Positions 19,879-28,638 of a DNA stretch of 29,271 nucleotides are shown here, piece after piece. The stretch covers positions 1 to 29,271 of the IMG/VR virus record IMGVR_UViG_3300030095_004690; one strand, given 5' to 3'. A model generated the notes under the pieces. It was not told the DNA's origin, searched no databases, and saw only the letters and a list, made by a program, of their open reading frames with translations. Both the position numbers and the translations under genes were made by a program. The number at the start of each line of letters is the position of its first letter. The first letter of the stretch is position 1. This stretch comes from a virus. Its lineage: Duplodnaviria; Caudoviricetes.

Positions 19879-22550
19879 TAGCGGTCATACTCTGAAAATG
19901 TTGATCGGAATTTCTCCACGTCCCCACTATTGAAATCTGACATTCGCATCATTGCTGGATGATTAAGTGCCACGTCAGATCCTCCAAAACGACACATAGC
20001 CATTAACACATAAGCAAGGTACAGACTATTTTCACCACCAGCATAGCTTCCACCGTACTGTGGGATTCTCTTTTTGTTGTTGATTACTGCCGTGTCGCCT
20101 GCATTATAAGCAAGAGCAGCTAATCCCATCCGTTCTTCAAGAGAAAGGTTTGGGTACTCTCTTGTCATAGCTTTCATGCTATCCGCAAGGTGACGTACAG
20201 CCATATCTGCTGCAGATTGCGGATTCATAGGATCGCCTCCCATGTTTCTTGCAGTTCCTGGCATAATCTGAAAGTAGCCTCTAGCTCCAGCTGAGCTGAC
20301 ATCACCACTCCTCCAAACACCTCGATTCTCAGCATCACCAACTGCAAACGTCAGCATGGCAAGTTGGTCTGGTGTAAGTCCAGTACCAGCAACATGCTTA
20401 GCTGCAGCTGTTTCGATATGTTCACCTAGGTTGTCAGGTAATGGTGGTCTCTGCCATTTGGCTGCACCAGTAGCAGTACAAAATGCACCAGCACGACTTT
20501 GTTGTGTTGCTTTTGGACCGTAGATATCTTGAATTTGTTTTGCTGATAATCCTTTATCTAGGTCCGTATTTGCTTTGGGGAATTGAACTCCTTTCCCATC
20601 TGGGTGGTGAAACTTGTATGCGCGATTGAAGAGCTCGACAGGAGCAATGTTGTACTTAACGCCGTAATCGTAAAATTTTTGAGGTAGTTTAAATCCATTC
20701 TTTGTTAGGTTTGCTGCTATTTCTTTGATCTCTGTATTGGTAGAAATTACTTCTGGAAGAGCCGTTAATCCACGCTTTTCGAGTCCTTGGTTAATGCGTG
20801 ATATCTCCTGCTGTTTAGCTTCAAAATCTGAGGGGTCACCGTCAATTCCACGGAACTGGCCTTTGTTTGAATACTCCCCCCTACTATCTGACCGGAAGTA
20901 CCTACTACTAGGGTCTTGTTGCTCAAGCAAGAACAACTCTTTTGTCTTCCGATAAGCCTCGTCAGGATCTTTTACATTATCGTAGATACTAACAAACAGT
21001 TCTTTCAGTCGATTCTCAACTTGATCATGCACATCTGTTCGTGTCTTATATGGGGTAAGGTTAAACATACCCTTTACATAACTAGGAATCAGATCCAACT
21101 TTTGCTTAGCATTGTCTGGCATGGCCAGCATTTCTGTACCAGCTCTCGCAGCTTGTTGAAATTCATTCTGAAGCTGAGGACTTGCATTTAGATAGACAGG
21201 ATGCTTCTCATGTAGTGAAAAATTCTGCCTTAGAGTATTGAGCTGCCTACGCTGATCATCCATCACGATATCGTCCATCGTGAATCCCTTACGGAAATTA
21301 GAGATAACTTGGCTGGGATTCAACCCCTTACCCAAATACATCTCTGCTTCAATATCATCGAGATCTTTTTCTGTCATAGGAGTACCAGCAGTAAGGCTTT
21401 CACTTAGTACCTGCCGAGTCTCCTCTTCCGTCTCCAAATAGAGCATATCTCTGTCGTGAGTGGTTGCTTTAAAAGCAGACCTTTCGTACTCTCTTCGTAG
21501 TAGTAGTAGTTCATTGTAAAGACCAAGGCGCTCACCATCATCCTTCCACTTGGCCTTTGAGCCTTTCCTGGAAGATGGCTGGGAAAAGATTACTTCAATA
21601 TCTGTGCCGGTAAGTTGACCGTTTTTAGCCCAATAACGAAGTAGCTTGCTGTTTTGAGCCCAAGCACCTTGCAATCCATCTTCATGGAGATGTGATGTGG
21701 ATCCCATCCATTTACCTAGATCTTTATCAGAAAGGAAGGTCTGCGATGCTTTAAGACGTGCATCCCCCTTAAGCTGCTTTGTCCATTCAACCCTCGATTT
21801 ACCAAGAATCTCAGCCCTTGCCTGGTTAATTTGTGGTTTGAGACTGAGCTCATAGAGGTCATCGGGTAGGAAGGAAGCTCCTGTTTGCTCATGGAATTGA
21901 CGTACCAGTACTTCCGTTGCTGCAACTATTTCAGCAGGATCTCGTGCCTGCATGGGGGTAATAACACGATCACCAATAGGGATCTCAGTACTATCATCTG
22001 TTGCCAGCCTTTGGTTCAACCATGGCTTGACATACTTTCCAAGACTCTGAACCATAGAGTTCTGAGCATGAAACTTTTGGTAATTGTCTAAGTTATTGAG
22101 AGCTGCAATAGCTTCGTAGTTAGCCTTCTGGGCATTCTTTAGTTTTACATTATCAATCTTCTTAGAGTCGTCCTTCATTGAGGCGATCTCTAACCTGATT
22201 CGTTCGAGGTCTTCAGATGTAGTTTGGACATCAAGCAGAGCCATCTTGGCTTCAGTTTGCTTGGCTTTCTCATACATCTGTGCGCCCAAATCAAGCCCAG
22301 CTTTCAGCTTTTCTGAAAACTGAGCCATTTGATTCATACGAACTTCTGTTTCTTTAGATTCTCGACCACGCTTCAACTTCACACTGAATGCTTTCACATC
22401 GGCCGTAGCCTTTTCGTGTCGTTGAAGTGTGTTCTCGAATTGTTGTGCGTTCAGACGTATCTGTTCTGTGACATCGGGAAGGTTGATTGGTTTGAACCCT
22501 TGGGATCTTTGACTACCTTCAAACTCGATGTTTCCTTTGAATGCTGCCAT
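19878..22550 (-). CDS. internal virion protein, gp15-like, with C-terminal lytic transglycosylase domain
   Basis: Position; C-terminal AEN...SSAGARGYFQIMPGTA...ALAYNAG SLT motifs. Confidence 0.85.
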   Translation of the reverse strand: MAAFKGNIEFEGSQRSQGFKPINLPDVTEQIRLNAQQFENTLQRHEKATADVKAFSVKLKRGRESKETEVRMNQMAQFSEKLKAGLDLGAQMYEKAKQTEAKMALLDVQTTSEDLERIRLEIASMKDDSKKIDNVKLKNAQKANYEAIAALNNLDNYQKFHAQNSMVQSLGKYVKPWLNQRLATDDSTEIPIGDRVITPMQARDPAEIVAATEVLVRQFHEQTGASFLPDDLYELSLKPQINQARAEILGKSRVEWTKQLKGDARLKASQTFLSDKDLGKWMGSTSHLHEDGLQGAWAQNSKLLRYWAKNGQLTGTDIEVIFSQPSSRKGSKAKWKDDGERLGLYNELLLLRREYERSAFKATTHDRDMLYLETEEETRQVLSESLTAGTPMTEKDLDDIEAEMYLGKGLNPSQVISNFRKGFTMDDIVMDDQRRQLNTLRQNFSLHEKHPVYLNASPQLQNEFQQAARAGTEMLAMPDNAKQKLDLIPSYVKGMFNLTPYKTRTDVHDQVENRLKELFVSIYDNVKDPDEAYRKTKELFLLEQQDPSSRYFRSDSRGEYSNKGQFRGIDGDPSDFEAKQQEISRINQGLEKRGLTALPEVISTNTEIKEIAANLTKNGFKLPQKFYDYGVKYNIAPVELFNRAYKFHHPDGKGVQFPKANTDLDKGLSAKQIQDIYGPKATQQSRAGAFCTATGAAKWQRPPLPDNLGEHIETAAAKHVAGTGLTPDQLAMLTFAVGDAENRGVWRSGDVSSAGARGYFQIMPGTARNMGGDPMNPQSAADMAVRHLADSMKAMTREYPNLSLEERMGLAALAYNAGDTAVINNKKRIPQYGGSYAGGENSLYLAYVLMAMCRFGGSDVALNHPAMMRMSDFNSGDVEKFRSTFSEYDR

Positions 22551-22557
22551 TTAATTA

Positions 22558-23355
22558 TTATGGTAATTGAAATGCGGCGCCGCCAAGCTTTGGACCAGAG
22601 CCTAATGTGCCAAACTTATCCACACCGAATTCAGTGGGTGGTTTGTTTAACCCACCTCCTTGAACAAAAGCTGAAGCGGTATCCATAACCACCTGGGCTG
22701 CTGCATTACCGATCCTCAGACCAATACTGCGGTCCATTGCTTTTGGTTTACTGGGCATTGCTGTTGGTCTAAAAACCTCCAGCTCTGGTGCAATAGCTAC
22801 CTCTGCATGTGCATTAAGGTTGGCTTGGTATTCATCTCGTGAGATCTGATCCATAACACCCTGTGTACCCTCAAGGCTGCGACCAAGGTTGGCTGCACTC
22901 AAGAAGCGGTTACGATGGTATCCACCGTACGTGTCTTTAAATGTTGCAAGTTCAGAGGCTCTGCTTGTGTAACCACGTGCTGCAGACTCACCGGCAGATC
23001 TTGTAAGTTCTGCAAGGAGGTCTTGTTGTTGGAACATAAATGCAGAGATGGAATCCATGGCACCCATTTGTTCGCCAATGTATCCACGCTCTGCAGCTTC
23101 TCTATTCATTTGTAGTTGCTGCTGGTACCTCTGAAGATCCATATCCCAGATCTTCCTAATGCGAGTGTTAGCGCGATCTACTCGTGCAGCTTCTTGAGCA
23201 TTAGCAATTTGTACCTGCCGTTTCTTATCGCTATATGCTTTACGGTTGGCCTCATCAGCTGCATTATACTGGGATTCTTGCATTGCGAATCCAAGTCCTT
23301 GTTTAGCTGCACTTAAGCCAGCCGAGACCGCCATAAAAGCTAAAGGTAAAGGCAT
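22558..23355 (-). CDS. internal virion protein, gp14-like
   Basis: Ala/Gln-rich, hydrophobic N-terminus, follows tail tube B. Confidence 0.7.
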   Translation of the reverse strand: MPLPLAFMAVSAGLSAAKQGLGFAMQESQYNAADEANRKAYSDKKRQVQIANAQEAARVDRANTRIRKIWDMDLQRYQQQLQMNREAAERGYIGEQMGAMDSISAFMFQQQDLLAELTRSAGESAARGYTSRASELATFKDTYGGYHRNRFLSAANLGRSLEGTQGVMDQISRDEYQANLNAHAEVAIAPELEVFRPTAMPSKPKAMDRSIGLRIGNAAAQVVMDTASAFVQGGGLNKPPTEFGVDKFGTLGSGPKLGGAAFQLP

Positions 23356-23357
23356 AT

Positions 23358-26300
23358 TTATACTCTCCTATAGAAATTAGATGCGTAACGACCTTCCCAG
23401 TTAAGTGATTCAACTGTCACTGGATACGGGGTTTTACCCTCAATGGTTACTGAAAGGTTATTGTTGCGTTGATAAAGTGGGAGGATGTGTGTAGCACCTT
23501 CAGTAAGATTGACACTGTTAAGGAGGTACCTGTTTGCTTGCAGTGCTGTAATGGTCTGAGTCCTATCTGTAATGCCGAGGATTTTTACCTTGTAATCTAC
23601 AGAACCAGAAAGACCAGTTTTAACTTTAAGCCTGTGTATGATTAGTTGGGATGTGGTGTCTGCATCAAACCTCCCTTCACCACCGGCTTGTACTACATAG
23701 AATCTTGGTAACTCAATGGACATATCATACTGATACCCAAGTACCATTTTCTTACCAACGTAGTTTCCAGTGATCTTGATGTGTTGGGTAGTGTTCTCAT
23801 CAAAAGTAGTAATCGTTTCATTAGTTGAATCTCCATAAACAACTAATACTGGCGTTGTCCCTTGAAGTGGTTCATAGGGATAAAGAATGGTTGATTGATC
23901 AGTTGCAGAGTCGTACTCAACAATCGGTTCGTTGTACCACATATCCAGACAGAGGTTTGTCTTGGATCCGCTTTCAAGTTCAATGAATCCTTGGCTACTA
24001 CTTTGGGCAACACGGAAACTAGTGAGATAATAATTATTTCCAGATTTAACTACTGTGTTATATGTATTCTCATCGAAGAATTGATGCTCAAGTGTTCCTG
24101 GTAGTTTCCATCGATACCATGTATTGGTAATCTCTTCTCCACCAGTACGGTAGAAATTAAAGTTGTAAACAATATCAGTACCCAGCTGCCCAAAGGACAC
24201 CAGAGAGACCGCAGGAGACGCTGTAACCGTGTCAATTGTGCTCGGGAGTAGTTCGGGTACCGGCTTGGTTTTCTCCGAGTACTGAGGGGCTTCTACGTTG
24301 CTTACACGTTGCAGCTCAAAGAACTTTGTATTGTCACTAGTCTTTGAAAAGAATGCAGAACTAGAACCAAGACTGATAGCTGGTAACTGCGGCTCAGCAT
24401 TGAAACCAGAAAGCTTATTAATCTTTGCAGTCGTAGGGGATAGTAGATCAGATTCAGTAGTCAGTAAGAACTGCTGAGATTGTCCGAAGATAACAAGACC
24501 AACAGCTTCTTGGTGTGTATAGAAGAGTTCTACTGGATCTGTAGTAGATACAGAACTATCGATTGGATCGTCGGGAGCTGTTGCTAGAGCAGACTTAGCA
24601 AAGAAGTCAAAGAAGTGCCCAGCACGACTAAGGATAATACTGTCACCCGAAAGGAATCCCATACGGTTCCGATACATGAACATGTCGTTGATGTATCTAT
24701 GACTATTACCGTCAGTTATAAAGTGTGGTGTTGGGTTCGTTTCCTCGTCACCAACTTTTCTATCTTCCCAGAAGTCCCATGCTTTGAATTCAAAGATACC
24801 ATTTGCATTTACTTTTAATACATGCGGCATCGTATTCTTGTCAACGATGTAGTCGATATTAGATCCATTACTTTCATTCCAAGTACCTGGACTGAAGTCT
24901 TCTCCATTCTCAGAGCGATACTCCATGTACATGTCATCAACTGTGACATCTGTGCTGTTGATTATTTTTACTTTATAACCATTCTTGGCTTGTACTGGGA
25001 GGTTACCAACGTCGCTTATCTCATGCCTGAATACTTCAACTGATTGGTCTGTTGGACCAGAAACAGTAATGTCAAATTGCTGCTGAGAATCTTTAATGTA
25101 GATGCCTGTACCAGTAGCTTGAAAAGTAAAGTCACCCCATTCAGTAGCGCCAGCATCAGCTAGAAATTGGGCATTAAAACTACCTGGACTAACTACACTC
25201 GCCCCACTTGCCATCTTACTTACAGTGTCGGCAGTGGTTGCAGCATAGGTTACAGAAGCAGTGATCGAAGGACCTTGTGGACTGGTTTGTTTGAAGCCTG
25301 TATCTTCTGTCCTTACATACCCTTCTTGGTGTGGCTCTTTTCCATTTGTGTCATTAAGTAGACGAGTAATGGTTATTTCATAGTTACCACCAGCAAGCAC
25401 ATTGAAGTTAACAAATGCCTCGTCAAACTTAAATACTGCAGTTTTACTATTGGCAAGCCACTGCACTCTTTTCTTTTTATTGAGTACAAAAGTAGTATCT
25501 TGAATAGTGACAAATTTCAAATCATTCTGAACGTTTAAAGCATCACTGTCTTTATCGTTATCAAAATAGCTAGTATTAGAAGTTGTTGCGGTAGCTGGGT
25601 TAAACAGCGTCCCATCAGTTGCCTGCTGTGCAGTTTCTAACGCTGTAAAGCTTGGAGCAGTCGGAGGTGTACCTGCAGGACTACCAGCTGGATCAACCGT
25701 AACTAACTCGTAAAGCACTGGGCCATTCAAGGTACCGAAGTTATAAGCATTAGGATTTACTGGTGCATAGATATCATCATTTAAGTTATCCTCAGAACGA
25801 TTAGTTCCAGTGCGGTACTCAGTACTACCTACTGTTATTGATGTAGCTTGGGCTGTACCCAGTGACGTTCCGTCTTTATAAAAAGTGTAATCAGCACCTG
25901 TCTTTACAACTGCTGTGTGTATAGTTCTAGTTACAGTACCATTATCTTTATTGTAAACAGCGTCGATTTGGAAGCTACTAGATAGTTGCTCATCAGAAGC
26001 AATTACATCTGTGAGATATTGATCCGCTTGAGTTTTATAATTTGTAAATCCTGTACCATATAACTGCCCAAAGGCTGTAGCTTCAGCAGTTATTGTTGAA
26101 GCAACTGGCCCAGTCACTCCAGTGTATCCAGCATACCCGGAAAAATCAACACCTCTAGGTATGCCTGATTCTTTATACCAGATTTTAATATTAGGCTTTG
26201 CGGTATCTCCTGCAAAAAAGTATAGCTGCCCTACATACTTTGCATCCTCTCCAAGGATTGAGAACCAGTGACCTCCATTAATTGCTCCTCTTAGTGGTGC

Positions 26301-26453
26301 CTCAAACTTACCACCTGGACGTTTCATTAACCCAAGTGCATACTCTGGAAATGTATTCAGAGAATCTCTTACCTGCCCTGGGACTTTCTTATTATCCGGT
26401 TGCTGGCTAATGCCTCCCAGCAGGTTCGGTATCTTTTGGGTTACTGTTGTCAT
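23358..26453 (-). CDS. tail tubular protein B (nozzle, T7 gp12-like)
   Basis: VTQKIPNLLGGISQQPD...GLMKRPG N-terminus; W..R.VGD...NP.P.F; YRNRMGFLSG; terminal WEGRY. Confidence 0.95.
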   Translation of the reverse strand: MTTVTQKIPNLLGGISQQPDNKKVPGQVRDSLNTFPEYALGLMKRPGGKFEAPLRGAINGGHWFSILGEDAKYVGQLYFFAGDTAKPNIKIWYKESGIPRGVDFSGYAGYTGVTGPVASTITAEATAFGQLYGTGFTNYKTQADQYLTDVIASDEQLSSSFQIDAVYNKDNGTVTRTIHTAVVKTGADYTFYKDGTSLGTAQATSITVGSTEYRTGTNRSEDNLNDDIYAPVNPNAYNFGTLNGPVLYELVTVDPAGSPAGTPPTAPSFTALETAQQATDGTLFNPATATTSNTSYFDNDKDSDALNVQNDLKFVTIQDTTFVLNKKKRVQWLANSKTAVFKFDEAFVNFNVLAGGNYEITITRLLNDTNGKEPHQEGYVRTEDTGFKQTSPQGPSITASVTYAATTADTVSKMASGASVVSPGSFNAQFLADAGATEWGDFTFQATGTGIYIKDSQQQFDITVSGPTDQSVEVFRHEISDVGNLPVQAKNGYKVKIINSTDVTVDDMYMEYRSENGEDFSPGTWNESNGSNIDYIVDKNTMPHVLKVNANGIFEFKAWDFWEDRKVGDEETNPTPHFITDGNSHRYINDMFMYRNRMGFLSGDSIILSRAGHFFDFFAKSALATAPDDPIDSSVSTTDPVELFYTHQEAVGLVIFGQSQQFLLTTESDLLSPTTAKINKLSGFNAEPQLPAISLGSSSAFFSKTSDNTKFFELQRVSNVEAPQYSEKTKPVPELLPSTIDTVTASPAVSLVSFGQLGTDIVYNFNFYRTGGEEITNTWYRWKLPGTLEHQFFDENTYNTVVKSGNNYYLTSFRVAQSSSQGFIELESGSKTNLCLDMWYNEPIVEYDSATDQSTILYPYEPLQGTTPVLVVYGDSTNETITTFDENTTQHIKITGNYVGKKMVLGYQYDMSIELPRFYVVQAGGEGRFDADTTSQLIIHRLKVKTGLSGSVDYKVKILGITDRTQTITALQANRYLLNSVNLTEGATHILPLYQRNNNLSVTIEGKTPYPVTVESLNWEGRYASNFYRRV

Positions 26454-27097
26454 CGTGCAAGAGCTTTAAACGGTTGATAGCTGTTGTAATGGAGACCATC
26501 CTTGGATCCAAAGATGCTGTAGTCTCCTTGATTTGTTTCATATTCCATAAGAGCTGCTCTTGTTTGGTCCTCCTCAACAGCAAGGAGTTGGACAAGCTCA
26601 GCACTGCCTACAAGTTTGATAGATACTTGTCTTGCTGCACGTGCAATGATGTGAGCTTGGAAGGCATAGGGTAGGTTGTCAAATCGGATGAAGTAGACAA
26701 CATCACAGTAGATATCTTCGTCAAATGTATATCCTTCTGTCTTATTCTTTTGGTGCCAGAAGCGGTCGTAGAGTTTATTAGTATTATCGCTTGTGTCTAG
26801 CCTGCGAATTAGATTGTAGTTATTAAAATGCCGTGATTCATTGCTATCAATTTGCAGAACGTCATCAGCAATAGTAATTTTTTTATTTGCATCTGGTGTG
26901 AACTTAACAAGATATTCTGTGTTAAATGTCCAACCTTCTGCTTGTAGTTGGCGGTTGGTATCTCGTAGAGTTTGTAGGCAGATGTTGACCTCGGGGTTTT
27001 GCATATCAAGGTCGAGGACAGGGGCCTGTCCTACTGAGCTAAGTATTTGATTTACTGCATCCAGTTCGGTGGACACTGCAGAGTTAGGGTTAGGCAT
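26450..27097 (-). CDS. tail tubular protein A (gatekeeper, T7 gp11-like)
   Basis: TELDAVNQILSSVGQAPV...QAEGWTFNTE; start moved to MPNPNS (27097) because the track start spans the terminator. Confidence 0.95.
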   Translation of the reverse strand: MPNPNSAVSTELDAVNQILSSVGQAPVLDLDMQNPEVNICLQTLRDTNRQLQAEGWTFNTEYLVKFTPDANKKITIADDVLQIDSNESRHFNNYNLIRRLDTSDNTNKLYDRFWHQKNKTEGYTFDEDIYCDVVYFIRFDNLPYAFQAHIIARAARQVSIKLVGSAELVQLLAVEEDQTRAALMEYETNQGDYSIFGSKDGLHYNSYQPFKALAR

Positions 27098-27110
27098 GTC
27101 GTGTAGATAT

Positions 27111-27142
27111 AAAAAAAGGGGACCCCCGTAATGGAGATCCCC
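27111..27142 (-). terminator. T-phi-like terminator after the major capsid gene
   Basis: Minus strand GGGGATCTCC ... GGGGGTCCCC-TTTTTTT (10-bp stem with two G-U pairs). Confidence 0.9.
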
Positions 27143-27166
27143 GAAAGACAAAAAACTATTTAGTTA

Positions 27167-28354
27167 TCAGGACCAAGAGTTGGCAGCCTTGTCGTAGGTA
27201 GAGAGTGTGCCACTTCCAGCACCAGTGTGGTTAGCACCAGCAGTCAAGGAGATAGCTCCTGCAGGGTTCAGAGTACCAGCACCCATAGCAACCTTACCGA
27301 CGATCAGGTCGCCCTGATACATCACGGAAACGTCACCATTGGTGGTCTGCACTTGAGGACCAACAGCTTCAACAACGCCCACGGAATCCTTGTGGTAAAT
27401 GAGACCACAGGTACCAAGGCCGTTAGCAGAAGCACCGACTCGGTAGTCGTTATTCTCACCAGCAACCCGTGTGTGAGCAAACCTATCGGGCATCACATTG
27501 TTCGACTTCTTGATGGTGATACCAGCAATCTGATAACCCCACTCACCGGAGCGAACGGCAGAGCCTTCCTCGTCACGGTTGATCGGGCTAATGATGTTAT
27601 TAGAAACACCAGTAATCAACGAGTAGTACTGCTCAGGAGCAAGTACAGCAACACGTCCATTGGATGGGATGTTGTTCTCATCGAAGATCTGTGCAGCACG
27701 ATAGAACGATGCAACCAGTGCTGTGGGATCAGCAGCTCCGATCGGATTACTACTACCATCGACACCGAAGTACAGAACGTTACCACCAGTTTGACCAGTC
27801 ACTGCTGCTCCTTCGCGTGATGCTTGTGCAACAGTTTTGAAGATGTTCTGGTCATAGCGATTGGCGAGAGCGTACGCAAGCTTGCGTGCGATTTCTCCGC
27901 GCAGATCGTAGTGAGCAAATACTTCGTCAAGGTTGTAGACGAAGGTAGAAGCGATTAGGAGGTCATCACAAATGATGGTCTTCTCTGCCACTGGCAGACC
28001 GTTTGATACAGCATTGACCGGGGGATCACCGGTACCAGGAGCATAGCCAGATTCACCAGGCTGGTTACCAGCGCTGTCGGGAGCCTGACCAAGGATCGGG
28101 GTACCAGGGGTATGGTAATGACTATCAAGTCCACCAGTGAAGATGAACTGCATAGACTTACCGTTCCGCAGGGTACGGCTAGTTACTGTACCTTTTGCAA
28201 CTTGTGCATCTTGGTAAGCCTTGAACAGCTCACCACTAAACAGTTTCAGATAAGTTGCGTACTTATCCGAGATCGTCTGTTTGCCTGAAGGATAAGTATT
28301 AGTAAGAGCTGGAGCGGTTGAAGAACCAATACTCCAGGTATTCATATCAGCCAT
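27167..28354 (-). CDS. major capsid protein (T7 gp10-like)
   Basis: YLKLFSGELFKAY...RTLRNGKSMQFIFTG...EKTIICDDLLI...YDLRGEI; G.G.LNP at C-terminus. Confidence 0.96.
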   Translation of the reverse strand: MADMNTWSIGSSTAPALTNTYPSGKQTISDKYATYLKLFSGELFKAYQDAQVAKGTVTSRTLRNGKSMQFIFTGGLDSHYHTPGTPILGQAPDSAGNQPGESGYAPGTGDPPVNAVSNGLPVAEKTIICDDLLIASTFVYNLDEVFAHYDLRGEIARKLAYALANRYDQNIFKTVAQASREGAAVTGQTGGNVLYFGVDGSSNPIGAADPTALVASFYRAAQIFDENNIPSNGRVAVLAPEQYYSLITGVSNNIISPINRDEEGSAVRSGEWGYQIAGITIKKSNNVMPDRFAHTRVAGENNDYRVGASANGLGTCGLIYHKDSVGVVEAVGPQVQTTNGDVSVMYQGDLIVGKVAMGAGTLNPAGAISLTAGANHTGAGSGTLSTYDKAANSWS

Positions 28355-28422
28355 TGTAATAAATTAAAAGAGATAGTTTACGAGTATCTCTAAAGCGCTT
28401 TAGATATTTAGTTGTATTGTTT

Positions 28423-28478
28423 GTGGTCTATCCCACCGTCATGACGGCGAAGGGTATCCTCGTAAGGGCCAACGCCAA
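28423..28478 (-). ncRNA. structured capsid-leader RNA (multi-hairpin)
   Basis: GGCG/CGCC, CCT-TACG-AGG, palindromic CCGTCATGACGG and GTGG/CCAC pairings in the capsid 5' leader. Confidence 0.45.
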
Positions 28479-28523
28479 TAGGTAAGGGGGGAATTGAACC
28501 CCCCGAAGTAAACCTACTTACCT
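28479..28523 (-). ncRNA. tRNA-like mini-element (acceptor stem + T-arm)
   Basis: AGGTAAG/CTTACCT 7-bp stem, GGGGG-TTCAATT-CCCCC T-arm, only a 13-nt connector; no D or anticodon arm. Confidence 0.6.
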
Positions 28524-28618
28524 TGTTTCTTGTAGGTAACGCCGCGATACTTCAGCTTAGAAACCTTCTCGGCTTCTTTCTGCTCACGTACGCGAGCTTG
28601 CAGTTCAACATTAGGCAT
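28514..28618 (-). CDS. 34-aa YRG-motif peptide (DUF4278-like 'downstream peptide'), missed by ORF track
   Basis: MPNVELQARVREQKEAEKVSKLKYRGVTYKKQGK*; GGAG 7 nt upstream; LKYRGVTY motif. Confidence 0.85.
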   Translation of the reverse strand: MPNVELQARVREQKEAEKVSKLKYRGVTYKKQGK

Positions 28619-28638
28619 GATGAATCTCCATTGAAGTA

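Noticed and set aside
27098-27151. N-terminal extension of tail tube A
   Set aside because: Spans the post-capsid terminator
27150-27200. T7 gp10B-like capsid frameshift or readthrough
   Set aside because: Tandem TGA TAA stops, no clear slippery site and an immediate terminator
27227-27820. 197-aa plus-strand ORF
   Set aside because: Antisense to the capsid gene; attributable to codon bias
28479-28523. Complete tRNA gene
   Set aside because: Only about 45 nt with no D arm, anticodon arm or CCA; kept as a tRNA-like element
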